A DNA stretch of 64,000 nucleotides, from positions 1 through 64,000 of the forward strand of contig BQFW01000008.1 in assembly GCA_020891255.1 (NCBI GenBank), written 5' to 3'. This document shows, piece by piece, positions 7,592-18,464 of the stretch. The notes below the pieces were generated by a model. That model made no database searches and was not told the DNA's origin. It worked only from the letters and a program-made list of their open reading frames with translations. This DNA is from Entomortierella parvispora E1425 (Eukaryota > Fungi > Mortierellomycota). The translations under genes were made by a program, and so were the position numbers. Every line of letters begins with the position of its first letter. Position 1 is the first letter of the stretch.

Positions 7592-10540
7592 GTTTCCTGC
7601 ATGCATCTTATTTGTCGCATGTCCATACTGCTTAGATTGAATGAGCTTTCTCCGTATGATTAGATGTAAAAGAGACAGTGGTTGACGACAAAGGAGGGGA
7701 GGACGGAGCAATGCAAGAGAAATGAAAGAGAGATGAAAAGCAAAATGAGAGGAGAGTGATGCAAAAGACAAGAGGGATGCAAGGGGTGAGTGGGATAAGT
7801 TGGAAATAAGAGACATGTTGGATGCAAGAGACCAGCGAGAAGGGCGATGCAGGAGACGTGAGAGAAAGGAACGCAAGAGAGGAGTTGTGCAAGTGTGGAA
7901 GAGAAGAACGCAAGAGACAAGTTGGATGCAAGAGATGAGATGGATGCAAGGGACACGACGGACGCAAGAGATGCAAGAGAGGAGTTGCGCAAGAGAAGAA
8001 TGCAAGAGGGGGAAGAGATGCCAGAGAGGAGTTGTGCATGAGAAGAGATGCAAGAGAGGAGTGGTGCATGAGAAGATGCACGAGAGGAGTTGTGCAAGAG
8101 AAGATGCACGAGAGGAGTTGTGCAAGAGAAGAAAAGCACGAGAGGTCTTCTGCATGAGAAGAGAGAGTTCTCGAGAAGAGATGCGCCAGAGGAGTTGTGC
8201 ATGAGAAGAGATGCGAGAGAGGACTTGTGTAAGAGAAGAGAAGAGAAGAGATGCAAGGGATGAGTTGGATGCAAGCGTGCCAGCGAAGAGATTCCAGAGA
8301 TGCAAGACAGGAGTTGGATGCAAGGGACGAAACAAGTTGGTCCTTTTTTTTCGACAAAAGGAGGCTGCACTCGCCCCGTCCAAAAGAACAATGGTCTTGG
8401 GACGGAAGAGAACAGGAGGAAGAGAGGAGGAGGAACAAGAGGCAAGAGAAGAAGAGGGACAAGAGGCAAGAGAAGAAGAGGGACAAGAGGCAAGAGAAGA
8501 AGAGGGACAAGAGGCAAGAGAAGAGGAGGGACAAGAGGAAAGAGAAGAGGAGGGACAAGAGGTAAAGACAGGGCAAGAGCTCGGACAAGAGGAGCGAAGA
8601 GAAGGAAAAAGAAGAGACGGAAGGGGGACAATGACGGGAGTGATGGACACGGGCGTCCTCCTTCTGGCGGCCCGCCCGCAAGCGGATCCAGCGCGGATCC
8701 AGCGAGGATCCAACAACAGCTGAGACAAAAAAGGCAAGTTCAGGAACGATCAATCAGTCTCGTCCATGCGGAGGATCCCTGAGTTTTTGTTTTTTTTTTT
8801 TTTTTTTGGTTCATACTTTGAGTGGACAGGCGTGACCTGTGGGGATGCAGACAGGGTTGTCACAATCCCACAGAGGAAGAACAAGATGGGTAAGAGGGGA
8901 CAGATCAAGCCGACATGTGCAAGAGAGAAGGAAAAAAAACAGGGAAGGAAGAAAAGAAACGATCAAGACTGACAAACAAGAAGGAAGAGAAGAAAGGAAA
9001 GAAGGGAGAGAGAAGAAAGGAAAGAAGGGAGAGAGAAGAAGATAGAGACAGTTGAACGCAACAGATGAAAAAGCAATGCAAGAGAGGGGAAGACCAGACA
9101 AGCTCTAGTGTAAAGGAGAAGACATCAGCGAAGGAAAATAAGAGAAAGACTGACGAAAAAGGAGGAAGAAAACAGAGGAGCAAGAAAGAAGAGAAGAGAG
9201 GGAAGAGAGGATAGGAACAAGAAGGAAGGGAAGGGAAGAGAAGAGACGGAAAAGAGAAGAGAGGGCAAGAGAAGAGAGGGCAAGAGAAGAGAGGGCAAGA
9301 GAGAGAGAAGAGGAGAGAGGGGGGGAAAACCGACAACAGCTGTGTTCTGCAGGAACGATGATCCGTCCATGCGGGACAAGACAAACATAAAAAGCTTTTT
9401 TTTTTTTGCGCCAGCAGCCAAGTGCTCCTCCTCCTCCTTCTCCTCCTCCTCCTCCTCCCTGTTGGGTGGGCAAGTGTGCCGCACTGTGGGAATGCAGAAA
9501 GGGTTGTCTCAAGCACTCGAGATCATGAGCAGAGTATTTGTCAACGCGACAGTTTTTTTGCCCCGAATGCATCACACGCTTGTCCCTGCTGGGGTGAGCT
9601 GATTTTGAGTCAAGCAGCGGTACTATAATCATCAAAGGGAGGGATGGAGGTACGTTCGGGTGTTCAGTAGCAGCCATTCAGTAGAGGGAACCTGCTGAAG
9701 GTGGATGAGCTGCTGAGGCCATGTCTGCCTTGCCACCTTGCCCTTTCGCGGCCAGAAGACTGTTCCATCAAATGTGCCAGCATTGCTCCACCAAGGTGCC
9801 TTGTGGACTTGAGTTGAGCTTTTGACTGCCAGGATCCTTTTTGGTGTGATCCGTCTTCACTCCAAAAAAAATCTGTCAAGCCGATCCGCTGCATGTCGTT
9901 GCATGTTGTTGCATCTCGACTTCATCCCAGTCCCTCCATTCAAGCTGATTTTCTTTGGGCCTAAAACCCACTTGTGGATCGTGGTCCTTAGGCGTGGGGT
10001 GGACTTTGTTACCGCTGTTCCAGTCGTCTCCCATTGTTGCTGGCTTTATCCCATCCAGAAAGCCCACTGCATGCCGTGGCACTTCAATTTCATTCTGGAA
10101 CCCTGCATCAAGTTGAACTGCTCGATCCCCTCCAATTCGTTCCGGGACTGAGGGGAAGAAGTGTCTCTTGCAACTCGCCCTCCTGTGGGTCTTGAGTCCA
10201 GGAGGCGAGTGGTGGCCCTGTTGCTACCTACGTCCTATTCCGCCAAGCTCTTTTGCATGTCGCTTCCTGTCAACTTCCTGCTCCTGGGGTTGGCCTTGCA
10301 CTGTTAATTGGGCCTGTTGCAGGCGTGTGATGTATCCGATATGAACCCAATGTTGAATCGGATAGAAGTCGAATGGAATAAAAGTCGATGCCAGTCGACA
10401 TATTATTGAATGCGAAGCCGATTCCGGATCGAATCTCAAATCTCGAATTTACCTGCTGCTGTCGACTCAAGCTGCACGGCGTGAAAGCCATATTTTTACA
10501 TGTGCTAGAGCCAATCTGTAGAAAAGACCGCTGTTGGGGA
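7592..10540. repeat. Subtelomeric composite repeat element, copy B (direct repeat of copy A)
   Basis: Same order of blocks as 1268-5043. The 18-mer arrays are replaced by a degenerate GATGCAA/GTTGTGCA-rich block (~7700-8330). Confidence 0.9.
8421..8564. repeat. 24-bp minisatellite, 6 units (paralog of 2735-3091)
   Basis: REEEGQEA x6 in ORF 8211..8723. Confidence 0.95.
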
Positions 10541-10625
10541 CCCAGGATTGCGAGACCAAAACTTTTACATGCGCTAGAGCCAATCTGTAGAAAAAACCGC
10601 CGCGGGAGACCCTGGATGCAGAATC
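10494..10625. repeat. 69-bp tandem duplication at the right end of copy B
   Basis: TTTTACATG(T/C)GCTAGAGCCAATCTGTAGAAAA at 10494 and 10563. Confidence 0.85.
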
Positions 10626-11133
10626 AATCTCCGGGTTCGGCATCATCAGATAGCTGCAACTGAGGACTATTATGAGCCAAGGTACCAGGGTCCCAGGACC
10701 TGACCTTGCCACCGAAAAGGTGCTCCAAATGACCCTAAAAACATCAAGTCGACCCCACGCCACCACCCTTGCAGGGGTTTAGCACAGGGGGCTCCCTTTG
10801 ATGTCATGACCGGATTCCGACGAGAAGGAGGCTGGACAGGACCAGGGTCTTGAGTTCCGGCTCAGTGTGGAGGAGGAGCAAGTGCTAAGGCCCAACATGG
10901 GCTATATTTATCTGGGCTAATACAGGAAAGTCGGAGTGTTGAAGGAGCTGTGTCGTCAATCCTCGGGCATGGGCAACAGGGACAACAGACAAGGGACAAG
11001 CGACAGCGGCTGAGACCGACAACAGCTGCGACAAACGAGCCCGATCGGTCCAAGCGGACAACAAAAAAAAAACGATGACAGGTCCTTTTTTTTTTTTTTT
11101 TTTTTGGCTGCAAAAGGATATTCTTGCCACTGG

Positions 11134-11455
11134 GACAGAGAGTGCTGGCGCGCATGCAAACAGTGCGTGATCCAAAGATGTGCTGACAGAAGGGGACAAG
11201 AAGGTGGACATTAGTCATTGTCGCGTATGCAAATAGTACGGAACGAAATGACACGAGAATAAAGGGGGGACAGAGAGTGCTGGTGCGTATGCAAACAGTG
11301 CGTGATCCAAAGTGGTGCTGACAGAAGGGGACAAGAAGGTGGACATGCGATCGCTGTCGCGTATGCAAATAGTACGGAACAAAATGACACGGGAATAAAG
11401 GGGGGACAGAGAGTGCAGACGAGTATGCAAACAGTGCGTGATCCGAAGTGGTGCA
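11134..11455. repeat. 135/136-bp tandem repeat, ~2.4 units, with two related half-units
   Basis: GACAGAGAGTGC starts at 11134, 11269 and 11405. Each unit has CG(C/T)ATGCAAACAGTGCG and CGTATGCAAATAGTACG. Confidence 0.92.
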
Positions 11456-11759
11456 GATTCAAACGAGGATCTCGGTGAAGCTGATTTCATTCAATCAAAG
11501 CGAAGGCGAAGAACCAAGTGGAGAACAGGGGGCGACGAAGATGTGAGAGGAAGAAGTGGACGCGCACGAGACGCGAAGAGAAGCCTGGACGAAGTGCCAG
11601 CCACACGACCCGACTTTCTGTCCACAATAAACCTTTCTCGACATGCCTTCCCTCCCTTTCCTTCCCACATCGTCCGTTGTCTTCCCATGCCTCCTGATGC
11701 CTTCATCAGTTCCATAGAAGATCATTTATCGTTTCTCAATCTTCATTCTCGTACCTGAC

Positions 11760-12900
11760 TCAAGGACCCAATTCGAGCCCTCATCTTGCACGAAATGAAT
11801 CCCTCGCCAACAAAACGACCATTCCAGCTTGTTGAAAGCCTGCCAGCTCAAGAGATTGTTTTCGAATTCATCAGAGGATCAAGGAAGAATAGAGGGAAGA
11901 GATTAGAGGAACAAGATGAAACAAGAGACGAGCAAGAGAGAAGAGAAGAGATGAGTAAGGAAGAGAGGGAGTTCTGGAAAGAGAGACGACCAAGAGAGAA
12001 AAGAAGAAAAGAGACGATCATCCAGAACGATCAGTCCATGCGAAAACATACATAAAGAGGGAAGGGTCCTTGGTTTTTCCTTTTTTTCAAGCAGCGGCAA
12101 ACAGTTCCTCCAAGAATTACTCCTTCCTTGGATCATGGATGGACATGTCCACCCCGATGCGGAGAGAGTTGCCTGCCATAGTCGGCAGCGCAACATCTTC
12201 TGGGTCTCTTCATTGGTTGCGCCGCAGGGAGAGGGCTGGATAACGCGTCAGAACATGAGGACATTGGTCGACAAAAAAAAAATTGGAGTATCCTCTGCAG
12301 CTGGAGCTCAAGGACATTTGTTTCCAACAAGTCAAGGTCGAGTTAGCATCCATCAGTCCAGCCATGAATGAATGCTGTAAATGGAAAAGAAAAGAGGAAT
12401 GAAAGAGACGAAATGATAAGCACAAGAAGGCAGGAGACAAAGAGAGATAAAGGGAAGGGGGAGAGAAAAAGAGACCAGTTCACTCCCAGCGGCAATAAAC
12501 AACAACGCACTGGACTATGGTCTTGGGATGATTGTCGAGAGGGAAGGCAAGAGAAGATGGGGATGAGAGGGAGGAGAAGAGCAGGACAAGACGGAAATGA
12601 AGAGGGGGTCATGGGCGGAAGAAAGGGACAAGAGAGAAGAGATCAAAGAGACAAGTTCAAAAGATAAGACAAGAGCGAAGGAAGAGATTAAACTATCAAA
12701 GCTGACGAGGGGCAAGAAGGAGGAGAAGAAAGAGAGGAAGGACAAGAGTTCACTCCATGCGATGCGAGCAACAAAAAAAATGGTGCAGGGTGTTTCTTAG
12801 AAGCAAAGTGCGCGTGCGCCTCCAAGACTACTTTCTTGGATGGACATGTGTAGCCTGATGTAGGCACGCGGCAAGCGCGTCAAAACCACGATTTTTTTTT
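11760..12900. repeat. Diverged, rearranged remnants of the subtelomeric element
   Basis: Purine-rich blocks plus GAACGATCAGTCCATGCG (12025) and ATGGTCTTGGGA (~12517), which match motifs in copies A and B. Confidence 0.55.
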
Positions 12901-14485
12901 TTTTTTTTTGGAAGTTTCCGCGTGCCAGGTTCTTGTTTTCATCAAGTCATCAACAACCAAGACTGTAAACCGAAGATAAGCGACCGATCCTGGCTCAAAT
13001 CTACGGTACGGGTATGTAGTTCATATATCCAGTTAGTCGGCGACTGTGTGGAATACAAGAGAATACAGGGAAGAAGTGGATTTCAAGCGTATTTGCGAGC
13101 ATTGCTTTTGACTGTCGGATCTACAACCAGCTCTGAAGGTCAATCTACGAGTTGTCACTGTGGATGACCACTAGCTTCAGTTGTTTCCAGATGGCCTCGC
13201 ACTCTGCTGGAGTGGCGTGGTATCCGGCGACTATGAAAGAGAAGGAAGCGCGAAGCCATAGTCAAGCGTGACATCAACTGCCGTCTCTTGTCCACCTTTC
13301 GTTCTTGTAGGAACTGTTGGTCATAGTTCTACCTGCGGTCCTCTTTTTTTTTCCCTGAGTACTTTTGTTCGCTCGGCAAGGCAGGATGATCTATCAATGT
13401 CTAGCGCGGTAGTCCATGAAGTGGGATTCAAGTATGTAGAGGGGAGCGAGGAAGACAAAGGGTGATGAATGAATGCGGAGATGGTAAATACTGAGTCTAC
13501 AAAAACAAGGATGCTGGTTCAAGTCGGTCCTAGCAAGGTACTGATGGGCCTCTTTGTTTCCCTGCAGAGAAGGAAATAATGACAACAACTCGCCCCATGC
13601 TGATGCTTCTGATGCTTCTGATTCCTCTCTCCATCTCCCTCCCTCACACATCGTCTTCTTGCCCGTCTCGACGCTGTTTTACTGACTTTGACATAAATGA
13701 CTACGACTTTATTTTACTCTTTCTTTAAAAACATATGGTGGTATAGCCAGAATACAGTAATTCAAGACCCTCAAGAAAACGTTTGTGCAGAAGGAGAGCT
13801 CGCTGAAACAAAAGGGGTTGAACTGGGTCTGCAAAAGAGAGTTGTTACACGCCTTCTTGGATCATGTCCGTTGGATCCAAATCTATTTATATACCCACTC
13901 TGCAACTTGTGGTGCCCTCTTTTGACGTGTGCTCTGGTGCGTTCGATCAGATCGTCATCATGGAGATTACTACCGCTTATTCATTACCTCCTGCTCCTGG
14001 AGAATCCATGACAACGTTGGTTGTGGAACAATTGCTCCCCTGCTGTGTCGGCCGTTGATGTCATCTGGAAAATATCGGTGGTGCATCTGTTCTTCTGCCA
14101 GAATCCAGGCTGTGGCGGCTACAGTGGGCGACAGGTAGGCAAGATCATGATCCTGATCCTGGCTTGAGTCATTGAATGGTGATCATGATCGTCGTCATGG
14201 TCAAAGTCCAAGGGGGAAGAGGGGCGAGGGGCGAAAGAAAAAAAAAAAATCAGAGACGCCGCGGATGTGCCTGTGGCGGTGTGGCTTGTGGTCTCTGGCT
14301 GTGAGGCCGCGGCACATTCAACCAGGGCGCAGGACCAGCAACCTTTTTCATCATCATTTGTCGTCGGTCATCCTCATCCATCCTCCTGCTTCTGAAGACT
14401 ATCATCACATTATACATCCGGCGGGATTCAGATTCGCAATCCTTTTTAATTAACCAGGACGGGCAGCTGTATTACAACTCTCAGG

Positions 14486-15127
14486 ATGCCGAGGAAACGG
14501 AACATTATATTCGCCCTGGCCGTCATAATTCAGGTCGCTGTCATCTTGACCCTCTACATCGAACCCATACTCTTAATGTCTCGCAGTAGACTTAACATCT
14601 CTGGCACCGTTAAGGAGCGAGTCGCTATCGTCATTGCCAGCAACAGAGTTGACAGGATCCGCTCACTACGGGAGCGCACCAACTTTAGTCCTGTGGACCC
14701 CCACTCCCTTGTGGGACGAACTGACCTTGACCTCACAGGATCAAGTGAAGACGTTATCAAGAAGATCTACCTTGCGGCACTAGAAGAGTGCGACAAGGTC
14801 TACTGCTTGGTCATCGAGGACGACGTAGTCTTCATTTACAAGGACCTCATGGATGTTCTGTTTGACAACATGCTATCTTACAACAACGACAACAACTACA
14901 TCTTTGATTGTTCCAAGAAAGGATTTCTCCGCAAGAACTATGAACCCAATGGCAATGGCGCAACTTGTAGGATATTCTCGAGGTATGCTATTCGAGCATT
15001 GAAGCAATGTCTGCCGACCTGCAGTGGCCCCGTGGATGTGTGTCTGCCTACCTGTCTGGCTGGCTTTGAGGAGAAGCGCTTCTTGCTCGTGCAACATGCA
15101 GGCTTCACAAGCAGTCGCTGGTCATGA
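14486..15127 (+). CDS. Intronless type II membrane GT-A glycosyltransferase-like protein (GT25-like), 213 aa
   Basis: N-terminal hydrophobic anchor IIFALAVIIQVAVILTLYI, CLVIEDDVVF (EDD motif), PVD and terminal LVQH motifs. Confidence 0.65.
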   Translation: MPRKRNIIFALAVIIQVAVILTLYIEPILLMSRSRLNISGTVKERVAIVIASNRVDRIRSLRERTNFSPVDPHSLVGRTDLDLTGSSEDVIKKIYLAALEECDKVYCLVIEDDVVFIYKDLMDVLFDNMLSYNNDNNYIFDCSKKGFLRKNYEPNGNGATCRIFSRYAIRALKQCLPTCSGPVDVCLPTCLAGFEEKRFLLVQHAGFTSSRWS

Positions 15128-15248
15128 AAGATAAAAAAAAAATAAAAATTGCCACCAACTTTATTGTCATGTCATGCACTAATCCGGACTCCATTAATCC
15201 CAGCCTCCCTTGTCTGCATCCACATCAACTCTCTCCGACTCGAGAACA

Positions 15249-16899
15249 ATGGATACAAATCGGCGGCCCCGTGTTGTCAGGAAGGCTGGTTGGCTCACTC
15301 GGATACGGAATGCGCCAGAGGATTACATCACCAGGATCGAAAATGACATGCGCGCATTGGACTGGGACAAGATTCAGGAAGGCGTCAGGTACAACCCTGC
15401 TTTACCCTATGGCGGTTACCTCGTCTCATGGCATGGGACTAACGCGCTCTTTTGCCATGGAACTAGTTGGCCCCTTGCTGTGGGACTCAATCTGCTGTTT
15501 GCGTCTGTCAAACTTGGATATTGGCTCGACGACCCACTCGGTAACGTTCCAGCCGTTCTGAAGCACGATCGGTCTCTTTATTCGTCGTCGTCAATGACGC
15601 CAGCCTTTCACTCGTTGGTACGTGGATGAAGCTGTGTTTAAACAGGTGCCTTGGCTGCTGGTCATGTTTAACCTGACTGTTCTCCAATACTCTTTACAGC
15701 TGTTGTTCTTGCAGATCATTCTGATCAGCATCAGTCTTGGCAACGCGCTCTGGCTCTTTAGCAGTAAGAAGAACTACAAGATGATGCACAGAGATCCCAA
15801 GGTATGATCCTTCAAGTGAATCAAACGAGATAGACATCAGGAGGACATTACATTTAACGATGTTGACACAAATGTCTTTTTTTGGTACATAGCAGCCGCC
15901 TTCTTCATCAAACGTCAAGTTGGTGGAGTTTATTCAGACAAGACTACACTGGTCTTTCAGGTTTCCAGGACGTTGCATGTACGTATTCCTATGATGGGTC
16001 TCTTCAAATATTGAAAAGAGACAGTGGTCTCATTGTCAGTCCTTGAAATTCTGCAGATATCCTTTTATTCCTTCATTTCTCGTAGGTCCTAAGCCTGAGC
16101 AACGTAACCTTCAAGTGTGGGAGATGGCTCTCTGGAACCCATCCATATTGAGTCGCAACATATTCTGGTAAGCTCATTGCAATGTGTCAACTCCTCTCAC
16201 ACAAAGAGCTGTGTACTCATTTACTTTCCTTGCAAACATTAAAGCTGGTTTTCGCCGGCTCAAGTGCTGATCTTGACAGTAATGGATGCGGACAGTTTCT
16301 ATGTCTTTGCTCCTCTATCTATTGCCGTGGCTGCTCAGGTGCATTTTGTTGTCTCGGTGTACCAGGCCCATATCAAGGTATTTGACTGATCAGGACTTTA
16401 ATTTCTCCAGTTGGTTGGTTATTGTTGCTGCAGTTACTGACCTTTGGTTGAGGGTCCTTAGGATAAGCAAATTCTTTTTGAGGAGGTCTACAGGGAATAC
16501 AACAACAAATTTGTCCACCCTCGGATCTTTGTGCGAAAGTACGACAAAGCAATATCTACCGAAACGGATACAAACGATCTCATTTTGGAAACATATCGCG
16601 ATGATGGGACGGTCCACTGTCAGCCTGCCCAGAAGCTTTCACAATACCAAGTGATGACTATTCCCAAAGTTCCCAACCAGAACAATTCGTCTATCCAGCG
16701 TGCTCCGTTGGCGGCCATGGTTTCTCGGTCACCGTCTGTTTCTTCTGGTACGGATGACGACAGTGACGAGGAGGAAGATCCAGAGGTGGAGTATCCAGAG
16801 GATCAGTACTCTGAAGAAGAAGATCCAGAGGAAGACGACGCAGGAGATGTACAAGAAGAGGGGCTTCTCTCTGAAAGTGAAGTCGAAAGCGAAGAATAA
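15249..16899 (+). CDS. mug154: Nur1/Mug154 family nuclear-rim membrane protein (multi-exon)
   Basis: Spliced segments LAVGLNLLF, ISISLGNALWLFSSKKNYK, QVWEMALWNPS, FSPAQVL, DKQILFEEVYREYNNKFVHPRIF, then an acidic tail. Confidence 0.8.
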
Positions 16900-17099
16900 A
16901 GGTGTGGGCGGCTGGAGATCTTGATGACGTGCAAAATATCAATGGGCCCCTTAAGTCCTTAGCTCGCAATGCAGGCACCACACGCCATGCGCGTGTTGCA
17001 TTGGTCAAGAGGCAGCAGACCTGTCCATCCTCCCCTCTTTCCTCGACCCTCACCCTCTATTCACATTTATCCCATCCCCCTTCCGCAAGCACAGGAACA

Positions 17100-18464
17100 A
17101 TGTCGGGTGCAAACAACAGACTCGCCGTCTTTCCAACGCGAATGTAAATTGACCTGAGCCTCCGAGTCATCGTTTTACCAGGGATCCAACACGATGCTAA
17201 TGAATGTTCAATCCTGTTGTTGGATGCTGTAGGACCCTGAGCGTCATGAAGCAAAAACTAAAGGGTGCACAAACAGGACACAGTCTCCTCAAGCGCAAGA
17301 GCGAAGCTTTGACCAAACGTTTCAGGGACATTGTCAAGAAGATTGATGATGTAAGAACCTCTTTATCGTGGCTCATTGGGGGGAATGGGCGCCAGTCGTA
17401 CCCAGAGGATACTAAACTCGATTTCAACTTTTGTTTCCCGGCTGGATTCGATTGTAGGCCAAGAGGCTGATGGGCAAGGTCATGCAAGTGGCGTCGTTCT
17501 CGCTGGCAGAGGTTACTTATATTACAGGAGATATTGGGTATCAGGTCCAGGAGAGCGTCAAGAATGCTCAGTTCCGCGTCCGAGCCAAACAAGAGAACGT
17601 TTCGGGAGTGATGCTGCCTGTCTTCGAGAGTTACCAGGAGGGCGCCAATGGTATTTTTTTTTTTCGCTGTTGGCGTGCAAGCGTGTTGGCAATTACCTGC
17701 TTGAGAGACATGTCCCGGATCTGATCTATTTTTTCTTCCCGTTATATTTCGACTTTCAACCCCTTTTCAGCCAATGAGCTCACGGGTCTTGGCCGAGGAG
17801 GACAGCAGGTGCAGAGGTGCAAGGAGACATACATCAAAGCTGTGGAGACCTTGGTCGAATTGGCGTCTCTACAGGTACGCCTTCAGTCTCACAAACAATA
17901 TTGTATCATTTGGGTTGAGTATCGTTACTGACATCATGCCCCCTCATCTTTCTAGACTGCTTTTGTCATCTTGGACGAGGTGATCAAGTTGACGAACCGC
18001 CGTGTTAATGCAATTGAGCACATCATCATCCCTCGCTATGAAAATACGATTAAGCACATTATCTCGGAATTGGATGAGCAGGATCGTGAAGAGTTCTTCA
18101 GGTAATTGTTTGCAGTTAACGTTGGAGGTGATGCGATGTCTTTGTCTGACAAACCCCCGCTATTATCGTCTCTTGCCGACTTTAGACTGAAGAAGGTGCA
18201 GGGCAAGAAGAAGGAGGCTGCTGCTCGAGATACCCTGGAGAGAGAGTCCAGACAGGCTGCGGAAGGTAAGTGTTGATTGGATCTTGAGCGGCATCACTTC
18301 TTCATGCTCAAAACCGCAGCAGCTAATTGAATGCCCAAAAATGATAAATAGGTGCCCACTCTAACTCGCCAGAGAATGCAGAGGCGGCAGTGCTGAGTGC
18401 GGATCCTTCATTGGCGGATCCTGGCGACTTGCTCGGTGGCGAGGATGATGATATTATTTTCTAG
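17100..18464 (+). CDS. VMA8: V-type ATPase subunit D (multi-exon)
   Basis: [81 protein letters not shown], ending EDDDIIF*. Confidence 0.97.

Noticed and set aside
7490-9677. Long ORFs over copy B (7490..8737, 7632..8753, 8905..9516, 9105..9677)
   Set aside because: Same compositional artefact as in copy A.
1268-10540. Helitron, LTR retrotransposon or telomeric retroelement/helicase
   Set aside because: No Rep/helicase, reverse transcriptase, integrase or RecQ motifs were found. There are no TG...CA ends, target-site duplication or hairpin-plus-CTRR terminus that I could confirm.
10733-10742. Telomerase RNA template
   Set aside because: Only about one repeat unit with no recognisable telomerase RNA structure; insufficient evidence.
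11134-11455. CRISPR-like array
   Set aside because: The intervening sequences recur rather than being unique, there are no cas genes, and the context is eukaryotic. It is a tandem repeat.
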